Below, piece after piece: positions 18,537-25,289 of a stretch of 26,652 bases of DNA. The notes beneath the pieces are model-generated. The model did no database searches, was not told where the DNA came from, and worked only from the letters and a program-made list of their open reading frames with translations. Both the position numbers and the translations under genes were made by a program. Where the stretch lies: positions 1-26,652 of IMG/VR virus record IMGVR_UViG_3300020045_001513. One strand, given 5' to 3'. Each line of letters starts with the position of its first letter. Position 1 is the stretch's first letter. The stretch comes from a virus. Its lineage: Duplodnaviria; Caudoviricetes.

Positions 18537-18855
18537 TTGTACCGTCCTTCAATCCATGCGCCCGTGAATGATAATCCACATCTTCCCAAAACTCATAACG
18601 CTTTAGTGACCTAGCCCACCAATCTTTTTGTATCGATCGAATCATAAAACCTAAATCAGCGTTAGTTAGTTTAATTTCTGGAAAATACATTTTGGTGTAT
18701 TCCCTGACCAAATCATTAATCTGCGCTCGTCTTGCACCATCACGCATATACTGGCACTCATGCGCCTTAACGATGATACAAACGACCTTGCGCCATTCAC
18801 CCTCAACTAACTTATCACGCTGAATTGTCGCTTGGATAAATTACTCTTCGTTCAT
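18523..18855 (-). pseudogene. Hypothetical gene with an in-frame TAA at codon 5 (intact remainder 18523..18747)
   Basis: ATG AAC GAA GAG TAA then 31 sense codons (FIQATIQRDKLVEGEWRKVVCIIVKAHECQY) in frame with the MRDG ORF. Confidence 0.5.
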
Positions 18856-18898
18856 ACTCGCCATCATACACCAAACTTAATAGGCTGTAAAATCATAA

Positions 18899-19093
18899 TT
18901 AACGCCATATTGGTCGATTAAAATAAACCGTAGTAATCTCTCTACATGGAACCCACCTACCGTTAAAAACCTCATGCTCCTCATTCCAAGCCTTAACCCT
19001 GATACGGGGCTTTGGGTTGTTTTTCTGTAAATATTCCAAATACAACTCATGGAATAACTTTGATTTAACTATATTGTTCATATTACCAAACAT
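18899..19093 (-). CDS. Hypothetical protein
   Basis: 64 aa, GAGGGG RBS, in operon. Confidence 0.55.
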   Translation of the reverse strand: MFGNMNNIVKSKLFHELYLEYLQKNNPKPRIRVKAWNEEHEVFNGRWVPCREITTVYFNRPIWR

Positions 19094-19263
19094 ACATCCC
19101 CCTCATTACTCCAAAACTCCACCAACCGCTTAACCCGCATTTCCTGCGCTGTCAGCAACTTCCTTTTCCTATACGCCACAACGTGACTGTCATGCACTAA
19201 CCTCAACCTAGGCCGCATCTTTGGCACGACATTTTTAGGTTTCTTTCTGGTTAGGTAGCCCAT
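19078..19263 (-). CDS. Hypothetical basic protein
   Basis: 61 aa, TAATG overlap with the upstream gene. Confidence 0.55.
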   Translation of the reverse strand: MGYLTRKKPKNVVPKMRPRLRLVHDSHVVAYRKRKLLTAQEMRVKRLVEFWSNEGDVCLVI

Positions 19264-19427
19264 TATTCAAAATACCTAATTTCGGCTTCTATTGTTTTAC
19301 CCTTTTCTGTAATTTCAATCATGTACTGAACAATATCAACGATATGTTCAGGCACACTCATCCGCTTAACCCTATAAGGCTTCTTTGGTCGCCCTGTTTG
19401 GTTTTTGCGCTTGCCGCCCCTAGTCAT
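19263..19427 (-). CDS. Small basic DNA-binding protein (RGG.R...GRPK followed by a ribbon-helix-like segment)
   Basis: Start moved to ATG 19427: MTRGGKRKNQTGRPKKPYRVKRMSVPEHIVDIVQYMI; GGGGTGG RBS. Confidence 0.6.
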   Translation of the reverse strand: MTRGGKRKNQTGRPKKPYRVKRMSVPEHIVDIVQYMIEITEKGKTIEAEIRYFE

Positions 19428-19518
19428 TAGGCCACCCCATAGCAACCAATGCCAAGATGATAACCCCACCGATGATTGCGGACGGTATGCCGATGATGTA
19501 GTCAATTGCGCGGGTCAT
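19420..19518 (-). CDS. 32-aa single-TM micropeptide (not in ORF track)
   Basis: MTRAIDYIIGIPSAIIGGVIILALVAMGWPND. ATGA overlap upstream, ATGACTAG overlap downstream, GAGG RBS. Confidence 0.6.
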   Translation of the reverse strand: MTRAIDYIIGIPSAIIGGVIILALVAMGWPND

Positions 19519-19820
19519 GATTTTGCCTCTGCTTTGTTAATCTTCCACAATAAATCCAAAATAAACAAAGGAACGGGTGTCTCTTTCAAACGCATATCAT
19601 CAACGCAATCTTTCAAAGCCGCCAAAAGCTCATCCCTCTGCTCTGTCAGGGTGTAATGGTTGTTTACGGCTTTTACGATGAAAGCGGCGTTGGCATCATT
19701 TGACTGGTCTGATCTATCCGTTGTTGACGCAACACAATAGTTTTTTTCACAGTCAATAAACATTCCATACCGAGTGTCTTTTAATTTCCAAGGCAATTTT
19801 GTATGCTTTACTTCATTCAT
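19515..19820 (-). CDS. Phage protein of the HTPGPW...ANA family, copy 2
   Basis: VKHTKLPW...ANAAFIVKAVNNHY...ELLAALK; GAGGTG RBS. Confidence 0.75.
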   Translation of the reverse strand: MNEVKHTKLPWKLKDTRYGMFIDCEKNYCVASTTDRSDQSNDANAAFIVKAVNNHYTLTEQRDELLAALKDCVDDMRLKETPVPLFILDLLWKINKAEAKS

Positions 19821-20248
19821 GAGTTCACCTCTGTAATAATTGGCTCTTTTGTAATATTTTCATTATCTCCAGAAACAGGTGCCCATATTTGCTGCAAAGT
19901 TTTCCAATGTTTATCTAGGTATTTTTTGAAACGTGTGATTTCTTCTTCATTTACATGCTGAATTTGACACGGCTTAAAAATGCCTTTTCGCTGCATCATA
20001 ATAAAAACCTCTGCGCAATAACGGCCAGCTTTTTTGCCCTCTTCATCTTCGCTGCGGTTGTGAATATCCCATCTAAAGCATAGGTTCATATCAACATCCG
20101 CATCTTCGTATTGATCTAGAAACTCTGTCATTGTTTCAAATGACTCACTCGGTTCGTTGCTATAAAAATTACGTTTAGAGCAGTAATAATCATGGTCTAA
20201 AGCCATTTTTTCTAAAGTCATTTCAAAAACCCCTTCGTTGTTGCTCAT
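19817..20248 (-). CDS. Hypothetical phage protein
   Basis: 143 aa, HDYYCS..N.Y, D.DMNLCFRWD, QRKG.F.P; GAGGG RBS. Confidence 0.7.
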   Translation of the reverse strand: MSNNEGVFEMTLEKMALDHDYYCSKRNFYSNEPSESFETMTEFLDQYEDADVDMNLCFRWDIHNRSEDEEGKKAGRYCAEVFIMMQRKGIFKPCQIQHVNEEEITRFKKYLDKHWKTLQQIWAPVSGDNENITKEPIITEVNS

Positions 20249-20250
20249 GA

Positions 20251-20598
20251 TTATTTACCCTCTGCTTTGTCGATTGCTAAACGTGCAAGATCAATGGTCA
20301 TATCAGTTGCGCCCATAAAACCGCTTTGCTCAAGAAGATCAGCAAGTTTTTTGACTTCGGCTAATAACATATAATGGCTATTGCAAGCATTGACGATGAA
20401 GGCGGCATTTGCGTGCTCTTCTTCACCCAAATAAGCCCTGTCTTCATCGTCATTTGTAAAATCGCAATCAACTTTTGCGATGTACTTATATTGTTTTCCA
20501 GATTCTACATCTCTTACTATCTGAATAAATGGTATTCCATTTTCAACATCTTGACCTTCAACCACCCAAGGCAACGGTGTATGCTTTACTTGTGTCAT
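20251..20598 (-). CDS. Phage protein of the HTPGPW...ANA family, copy 1
   Basis: VKHTPLPW...ANAAFIVNACNSHY.LL...AIDKAEG; GAAGGA RBS. Confidence 0.75.
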   Translation of the reverse strand: MTQVKHTPLPWVVEGQDVENGIPFIQIVRDVESGKQYKYIAKVDCDFTNDDEDRAYLGEEEHANAAFIVNACNSHYMLLAEVKKLADLLEQSGFMGATDMTIDLARLAIDKAEGK

Positions 20599-20633
20599 TT
20601 CGTTATTCCTTCTTGTTAATCGTTCATAACCCT

Positions 20634-20661
20634 ACTCTATGCTTATTTGGCAGGAAAGCAA
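20634..20661 (-). promoter_or_regulatory. Possible sigma70-like promoter for the 20598 gene cluster
   Basis: CTTGCTT, 16 bp, TAGAGT, with an A-rich upstream tract and an A-rich leader ending in GAAGGA. Confidence 0.45.
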
Positions 20662-20780
20662 GTGGTTATTTTATCTTTCTTCATTTTTCTTTGAATACGC
20701 AATTCTATTACCCTCTCTGTCGGTATCTTGGCGACCTCTTTTGGTGAGAATGGGTTATGCCATGCAAGCCTATGCTTCAT
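20643..20780 (-). CDS. 45-aa basic hypothetical protein (not in ORF track)
   Basis: MKHRLAWHNPFSPKEVAKIPTERVIELRIQRKMKKDKITTCFPAK; ATGA overlap with the upstream stop. Confidence 0.45.
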   Translation of the reverse strand: MKHRLAWHNPFSPKEVAKIPTERVIELRIQRKMKKDKITTCFPAK

Positions 20781-21001
20781 TTAGCATCGATCCACGTCTT
20801 AACAAACGGCACGAACTTAACGTAATGCAAGTGTGGCTCGTTTCTGATTGTAAGCCCAGCCTGTTTGAAAAGAGATTTAACAGTCAGGCATAGCATATCA
20901 CCACGATAGCAATAAACTTCCTGATCTGGATGGCCTTCTTCTTTTAAACGGCGGCATTCCTTAGATACGTCTTCGATTTTAGCTAGGTCAATTTTCAACA
21001 T
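20777..21001 (-). CDS. Hypothetical phage protein
   Basis: Start moved to ATG 21001 (MLKIDL) with GAGGA RBS; CR.L...G.PD....YRGDMLCL.V.S pattern. Confidence 0.65.
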   Translation of the reverse strand: MLKIDLAKIEDVSKECRRLKEEGHPDQEVYCYRGDMLCLTVKSLFKQAGLTIRNEPHLHYVKFVPFVKTWIDAK

Positions 21002-21067
21002 GATACATTCCTCATAAATTTTGTTTTGAATTTTCTGCGCTGGCATGAGTGTGGTTATTTTTTCATT

Positions 21068-22453
21068 TTATCGCCCCTTGCTCCTTCCATTTAGTACATC
21101 GTTATCAATTAACGAAAATCTCCCCGTCTCTGGATTGAAATTAACATCCACAACGGCGGGTTTTCCTATTTCGGCGTGATAGCGCGACTTTTGCACTTGA
21201 ACAAAATCGCCCTCGGTTGATCTGTGAACGACTATTCCAAGGTCAGCTTTGTTATTCCAATGCGCGGAATCTGAAATATCGTAAAGCGTTGGTACTGGGT
21301 AATCACCGTCTTTATCCCGTCTCATTTTCGCAGGGTGAGCGATAACCATCACATGCACCATATACTTTTTTGCGAATCTTTTCAACTCCTTAATGGCATA
21401 ACCTGTGTATTCTGTTACCGTCATATCACTAGGTCTGTCGTGATCCATCTCATTCCAAGGATCAATGACAATCATGTTTACGCCACTTCTCAACACACAC
21501 GCAGCCATGACTTCCAATAACCATTCTAGGGTTACATCATCATCCTCGCTCGGTACGATAAACCGAAAGTTATCATGCACCCACCGATCGGCGGTTTGCT
21601 TTTCCTGTTCCGTCATGTTTTTTTCGAGCTTCTTATTCTTCCATGTCCGAAAGGCGCGGCGGTGGTCTTGCTGTGGTGGCTGCTCGAATGACGCGATAGC
21701 TGGCTTGAACTTGTGATTTTCCACAAGGCGACACAAAACATCGTTAATGAATGTAGACTTGCCAGAGGACGGAACACCAGTAACAATGCTAAAATCACCC
21801 ATTCTTATGTTAAGGTGGTTTTCAAAACCCGCTATGCCGATGTGAAATGGTTTAGCGTAGGGCAGAGGGGGGAGGTCTAATAATCCGTAGTCACCAAGTA
21901 CCTCGACCCAATCGGAACGCTTGAGAGTCTCTCTAATGCCCGTTAAACCGTATTTTAAAAGCACATCGTTGAGGTCTTTGCACTCTTTGGGGTATCTCAC
22001 CCATTTACAGCGTACTTTTCCGATCCTTATGGCTAATGCCTGCAATAACCCTGCGCCCTTGTCGTCACCGTCCGATGCAATGATGATTTCTTTCTGCATA
22101 CGGAGATATGGCAAAACCTCATCCAAGTAATCCAGATTGCCGTTTTCGCCCTGTGAGCCGTTCGGTACGGAGATTGTCCGAACAAACCCCGCTTGAATTG
22201 CGGAGATTGCGTCTATCTCGCCCTCGGTAATCACAATCGGCTGGTTAATTGTTTCGTCTTGGATTGCGTCAAAATTCCAGAAAAATGGTTTTTTGCCAGC
22301 ATCGCAGGAAAACTGTTTATCTGCGGTACGGTATTTTTTATAAACACATTCGCCATTCTTGCGGTATTCAAACTCAATACGCCCCCCTGACTCTTTGAAG
22401 CCATACTTTACTGCTAGTTCTGGGTCTATCCCCCGTTTCTCGAAGAACCCCAT
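21068..22453 (-). CDS. T7 gp4/Twinkle-type primase-helicase lacking the N-terminal zinc domain
   Basis: FEKRGI, KYRT.DK.F, TOPRIM ITEGEIDA/SVPNG/DGDDKG/KDLND, SF4 helicase TGVPSSGKS, IDP, AHP, ISDSAHW.NKAD. Probable start ATG 22453 with AAAGG upstream; the track start at 22534 is probably too long. Confidence 0.9.
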   Translation of the reverse strand: MGFFEKRGIDPELAVKYGFKESGGRIEFEYRKNGECVYKKYRTADKQFSCDAGKKPFFWNFDAIQDETINQPIVITEGEIDAISAIQAGFVRTISVPNGSQGENGNLDYLDEVLPYLRMQKEIIIASDGDDKGAGLLQALAIRIGKVRCKWVRYPKECKDLNDVLLKYGLTGIRETLKRSDWVEVLGDYGLLDLPPLPYAKPFHIGIAGFENHLNIRMGDFSIVTGVPSSGKSTFINDVLCRLVENHKFKPAIASFEQPPQQDHRRAFRTWKNKKLEKNMTEQEKQTADRWVHDNFRFIVPSEDDDVTLEWLLEVMAACVLRSGVNMIVIDPWNEMDHDRPSDMTVTEYTGYAIKELKRFAKKYMVHVMVIAHPAKMRRDKDGDYPVPTLYDISDSAHWNNKADLGIVVHRSTEGDFVQVQKSRYHAEIGKPAVVDVNFNPETGRFSLIDNDVLNGRSKGR

Positions 22454-22628
22454 CGTGGTGGCCTTTCTCTTCGCAATGGTGGCAGCACCACTTGATTGAA
22501 TCGCCTGATCTTGAGACGCTAAAACATCTTGCATTTTTTTTCTTCCTTGTGTGTGAGCATACTGGGCAGGTTGTTATGAAATTACCTTGCCGTTTTCCGA
22601 TGTGATTAATAATTTCCGACCATTGCAC
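22374..22628 (-). CDS. Stand-alone primase zinc-binding domain (Cys4)
   Basis: TTCPVCSHTRKKK...CFSV......WCCHHC..KG matches the Twinkle-like zinc ribbon. It is in a different frame from the primase. Confidence 0.8.
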   Translation of the reverse strand: MQWSEIINHIGKRQGNFITTCPVCSHTRKKKNARCFSVSRSGDSIKWCCHHCEEKGHHDGVLRETGDRPRTSSKVWLQRVRGAY

Positions 22629-23268
22629 GTCTTGCTTTCTCCCTGTCTGAAAGTTTAACTGCGCTGACTTCCGCTGGCTGGTCTGACCAACGCTCTTGGT
22701 TTAACCAAGTCGAAGGGTTGCACCATGCCCGATCAGCAGGTTTTGATTTCTTGTATGCTTCGAGTCCAGCTTGCAGGGTTTCTAGGTCTGTTTTCTTGAT
22801 TGCGCCTATGAACGCCTTTTCAGCTTGTAACCTTCCGATCTTATGCGGGTAATTTTGATACCACTTGGCGAACGCTTCTTTCACTGATGGTTCTGTATTA
22901 AGGTTAAGTATAGGTTCGGGTGTCACTGTGACACTGGGGGGGTGTCGTGGTGACACTGGGGGGGGTGTCACTGTGACACTGGGGGGGTGTACAGGTGATA
23001 CCCCTGACATTGTCAAAATATAAAGGTTTGACGACTGCCTTCCGCTTAATTCTCTGGTGGATTTTTTAACAAAACCGCCAGATTCTAAATCCTGTATAGC
23101 CCGTATTACAGAACTTCTACTTAGGCATGTTTGGCGTTCAATATCAGCGAATGAAGGCCAGCACTCCCCGTTATGGTTTGCTCTGTTTGCTAAGGCGACA
23201 AGAACGAATTTCTCGGTTGATGAAATGCCCTGAATTTGTAGCGCGGTTGAGATGTGTTCGATCGACAT
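22606..23268 (-). CDS. Replication initiator (lambda O-like, N-terminal winged HTH)
   Basis: EKFVLVALAN.AN..GECWPS...I...T.LSRSSV.RAI..LE..G...SNLY.L, Pro-rich iteron linker, C-terminal F..WY..YP.K.G...A.KAF...PSTWLNQERW.D. Confidence 0.88.
   Translation of the reverse strand: MSIEHISTALQIQGISSTEKFVLVALANRANHNGECWPSFADIERQTCLSRSSVIRAIQDLESGGFVKKSTRELSGRQSSNLYILTMSGVSPVHPPSVTVTPPPVSPRHPPSVTVTPEPILNLNTEPSVKEAFAKWYQNYPHKIGRLQAEKAFIGAIKKTDLETLQAGLEAYKKSKPADRAWCNPSTWLNQERWSDQPAEVSAVKLSDREKARRAMVGNY
22920..23015. repeat. Replication origin iterons inside the initiator gene
   Basis: GTGTCACTGTGACAC (22920, 22965), GTGTCGTGGTGACAC (22942), GTGTACAGGTGATAC (22987) at 22/23/22-bp spacing, plus the palindrome TGACATTGTCA (23005-23015). 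Confidence 0.85.
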
Positions 23269-23427
23269 TTATGCCCCCGCCAAATTATGCAGCATAAATA
23301 GGCGTTCAACATCGCCAGCGGTTATAAAGCCGTTAACGTATAATGTCATTACACGTCTTTTTATAACTGATTTGTTTTTTGATTTTGTAGCCAGCCATAT
23401 AAGCATGGCTTTGATTGCTTTCATCAT
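23269..23427 (-). CDS. Small hypothetical protein, first gene of the leftward operon
   Basis: Start moved to ATG 23427 (MMKAIKAMLIW) after an AAGGGGG RBS. Its stop abuts the initiator ATG. Confidence 0.6.
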   Translation of the reverse strand: MMKAIKAMLIWLATKSKNKSVIKRRVMTLYVNGFITAGDVERLFMLHNLAGA

Positions 23428-23452
23428 ATCCCCCTTGTAATCCCTTGTAATT

Positions 23453-23520
23453 AAAAAATGCGGGGCAACCCTACAAGGGATAGGCTGTCTTTCGCTCATG
23501 ACTTCGAAATAAGCCCCACA
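23453..23520 (-). ncRNA. Candidate structured leader/small RNA (three-way junction plus U6 tract)
   Basis: UGUGGGGC/GCCCCGCA closing stem, UUUCG/CGAAA hairpin, CCUAU-(CCCUU)-GUAGG hairpin, then UUUUUU. Begins at the predicted transcription start. Folded by eye only. Confidence 0.5.
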
Positions 23521-23525
23521 AACCC

Positions 23526-23554
23526 ACGTTAGAAAATTATTAAACAAATAGCAA
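23526..23554 (-). promoter_or_regulatory. Leftward early promoter
   Basis: TTGCTA (23554-23549), 17 bp, TAACGT (23531-23526), with AT-rich upstream DNA. Confidence 0.6.
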
Positions 23555-23588
23555 TAGGAAATATTTTTAAAATAGCTAATAATTGTTC

Positions 23589-23644
23589 TTGCATTGTGGT
23601 CAAGAGTTGGCTATAAATAACTGTGAACAACAAAAGGAAATATC
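23589..23644 (+). promoter_or_regulatory. Rightward early promoter and RBS cassette, copy A
   Basis: TTGCAT, 17 bp, TATAAA (23612-23617), then TGTGAACAACAAAAGGA before the erf ATG. Confidence 0.75.
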
Positions 23645-24307
23645 ATGACTGAAAAGAAAACAGAACCAAAATTTAAAGATGTTATGGAGGTCTTGCACCA
23701 TATCCAGAAAAGCATCAAAGCACCTAAATCAAATACAAACGAGTTTGGGAAATACAAATATCGCTCATGTGAGGATATCGTAGAAGCCCTTAAGTCGGTT
23801 ATGCCCGAAGGTGCTACTGCTGTCCTTAATGACGACATTATCAACATTGGTAATCGTTATTACGTCAAGGCAACAGCTACCCTGTCATTTGGCGGCAAGG
23901 ATTATGTTTCATCGGCCTTTGCCCGTGAGCCAGAAACCAAAAAGGGTTCAGACGAAAGCCAGATTACAGGTGCGGCTTCATCCTATGCCCGTAAATATGC
24001 GCTTAACGGCCTATTGCTGATTGACGACACCAAAGATGCAGACGCGACACACGATGGGAAAGTAGACCCAAAAAACGCCGCTTTAAATACACTTGGTAAT
24101 TCTATGATGTCGAGTGTTGACAGGCTGACACAAGAGCAAATGCGTAACAGCGCGTTAACCTTACTCAATGCTTGCGCCACCCCAGACAAGTTAAAGGAAA
24201 TCTGGGTTAAGAATTACAAGGCATGGGGCAAGCTAGACAAAGACCTGTTCGATGAAATTGAAGTATGCAAAGACCACAACAAGAAAGAATTGGAGCAACA
24301 AGCATGA
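23645..24307 (+). CDS. erf: ERF-family single-strand annealing recombinase
   Basis: IQ..IKAPK...N.FGKYKYRSCEDI.EALK, YYVKATA, ARE...KKG.DESQITGAASSYARKYALNGL..IDD.KD.D. Confidence 0.93.
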   Translation: MTEKKTEPKFKDVMEVLHHIQKSIKAPKSNTNEFGKYKYRSCEDIVEALKSVMPEGATAVLNDDIINIGNRYYVKATATLSFGGKDYVSSAFAREPETKKGSDESQITGAASSYARKYALNGLLLIDDTKDADATHDGKVDPKNAALNTLGNSMMSSVDRLTQEQMRNSALTLLNACATPDKLKEIWVKNYKAWGKLDKDLFDEIEVCKDHNKKELEQQA

Positions 24308-24561
24308 GCGACTACGAAATGAACGAAGGCCAGATTTTCATCTTTTCCACCAAGCCAGAGGGTAATAAGCCAACGGTTAAGGGCAAGCTGAAGATTAACG
24401 GGCAAGAATACGAAATTGGGTTATGGCCTTCAAAGTCAGGCAAGGCTGGCAGTTACTCTGGTAAGGTGTCTTTGCCGTTTAAAAAGAAAGAAAAAGACAA
24501 GGCGCAAACCGTTAGCGAGATGCAAAACGAGATTGATGACAATATGGATATTCCATTCTAA
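24304..24561 (+). CDS. Small SSB-like protein
   Basis: Start moved to ATG 24304 (ATGA overlap). KP...G.LKING.EY.IGLW beta core and acidic DDNMDIPF tail; follows erf. Confidence 0.72.
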   Translation: MSDYEMNEGQIFIFSTKPEGNKPTVKGKLKINGQEYEIGLWPSKSGKAGSYSGKVSLPFKKKEKDKAQTVSEMQNEIDDNMDIPF

Positions 24562-24900
24562 ATGTTCCATAAAGCAAAAACCATCCGCGATCAAAAACAT
24601 TTAATGTTTATTCGCACCCTGCCATGCGCTAGATGTGCTGCATACGGTACACAAGCGTGTCACATTAGGCGTCATGGTGGGGGTGGGATGGGGTTAAAAT
24701 CTGGTGACGATAAAACGCTACCTCTTTGCCACGAGTGCCACGTAAACATACAGCATCGTATCGGTGAAGAACGGTTTTACAAAGACGTCTACAAAGCCCT
24801 AGAGCTTGCCAAGGCGTTGTATTTACTAAGCGGTGACACATACCACGGTCTTGCACTCATGGCGAAGTTTAAACCAGAGGTGTTTGAATGTTCATTATAA
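24562..24900 (+). CDS. DUF968/HNH-like zinc nuclease-fold protein
   Basis: KHLMFIRTLPCARC....QACHIR....GMGLKSGD..TLPLCHECH..QH.IGE. Confidence 0.8.
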   Translation: MFHKAKTIRDQKHLMFIRTLPCARCAAYGTQACHIRRHGGGGMGLKSGDDKTLPLCHECHVNIQHRIGEERFYKDVYKALELAKALYLLSGDTYHGLALMAKFKPEVFECSL

Positions 24901-25289
24901 AAACGAACGAAGATAAAATGAGGGCGATTAATTACATCACTTCTATGTCGCTTTCACCTGTGCAGTTTATCGACATTGACGACTACGAGAAAAAACGCTC
25001 TAGCAACCAAAACAGATATTTCCACAAATGCGTTAAAATTATCGCAGATTATACGGGATACAGCGCGGAGGAAGTTAAGGATAAAATCGTTCTTTCAATA
25101 TGGCAGCCAGAAGAGAGGATTGTTGTGGTGAAAAAAGACGGTAAATCTGAAAACCATGTTTTGCGGAATAGACGCTCAACGGCGAAACTAAACACGAAAG
25201 AATTTAGCTTACTGGTAGACGCGATAATGGTAGTGGCGCACAGCCTTAAATTAACAATGCCAAGCATACATGATTATTTTGGGGGATAG
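24888..25289 (+). CDS. ninB: NinB/Orf-family recombination protein
   Basis: KRSSNQNRYFH..V..IA..TG...EEVK and RSTAKLNTKEFS.L.D. Confidence 0.72.
   Translation: MFIIKTNEDKMRAINYITSMSLSPVQFIDIDDYEKKRSSNQNRYFHKCVKIIADYTGYSAEEVKDKIVLSIWQPEERIVVVKKDGKSENHVLRNRRSTAKLNTKEFSLLVDAIMVVAHSLKLTMPSIHDYFGG

Noticed and set aside
18841-18843. Stop-codon reassignment suggested by the in-frame TAA
   Set aside because: TAA terminates many clear genes here (coat, scaffold, endolysin, helicase), and long genes are intact under the standard code.
13-22390. Many plus-strand ORFs in the track (e.g. 2099..2491, 14592..15149)
   Set aside because: Antisense shadows of well-supported minus-strand genes, with no recognisable motifs.
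22920-23015. CRISPR-like mini-array
   Set aside because: Spacers are 7-8 bp G runs and the repeats lie in an initiator gene; iterons explain them.
23486-23505. Hammerhead-like core (UCAUGAG CGAAA) in the leader RNA
   Set aside because: Lacks the required CUGANGA and has no stem II between the two core strands.
23428-23547. N-terminal extension of ORF 23269..23547
   Set aside because: The TTG start lies within the predicted promoter with no RBS, whereas ATG 23427 has a strong SD.
23570-23645. Alphaproteobacterial LexA (GTTC-N7-GTTC) or CtrA (TTAA-N7-TTAA) boxes
   Set aside because: Only half-sites were found, with no correctly spaced pair.
10851-24221. Other partial ATTACAAGG matches to the leader-RNA target (near 10851, 18117, 24213)
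   Set aside because: Short, inside coding sequence, and lacking the full AAGGG; compatible with chance.
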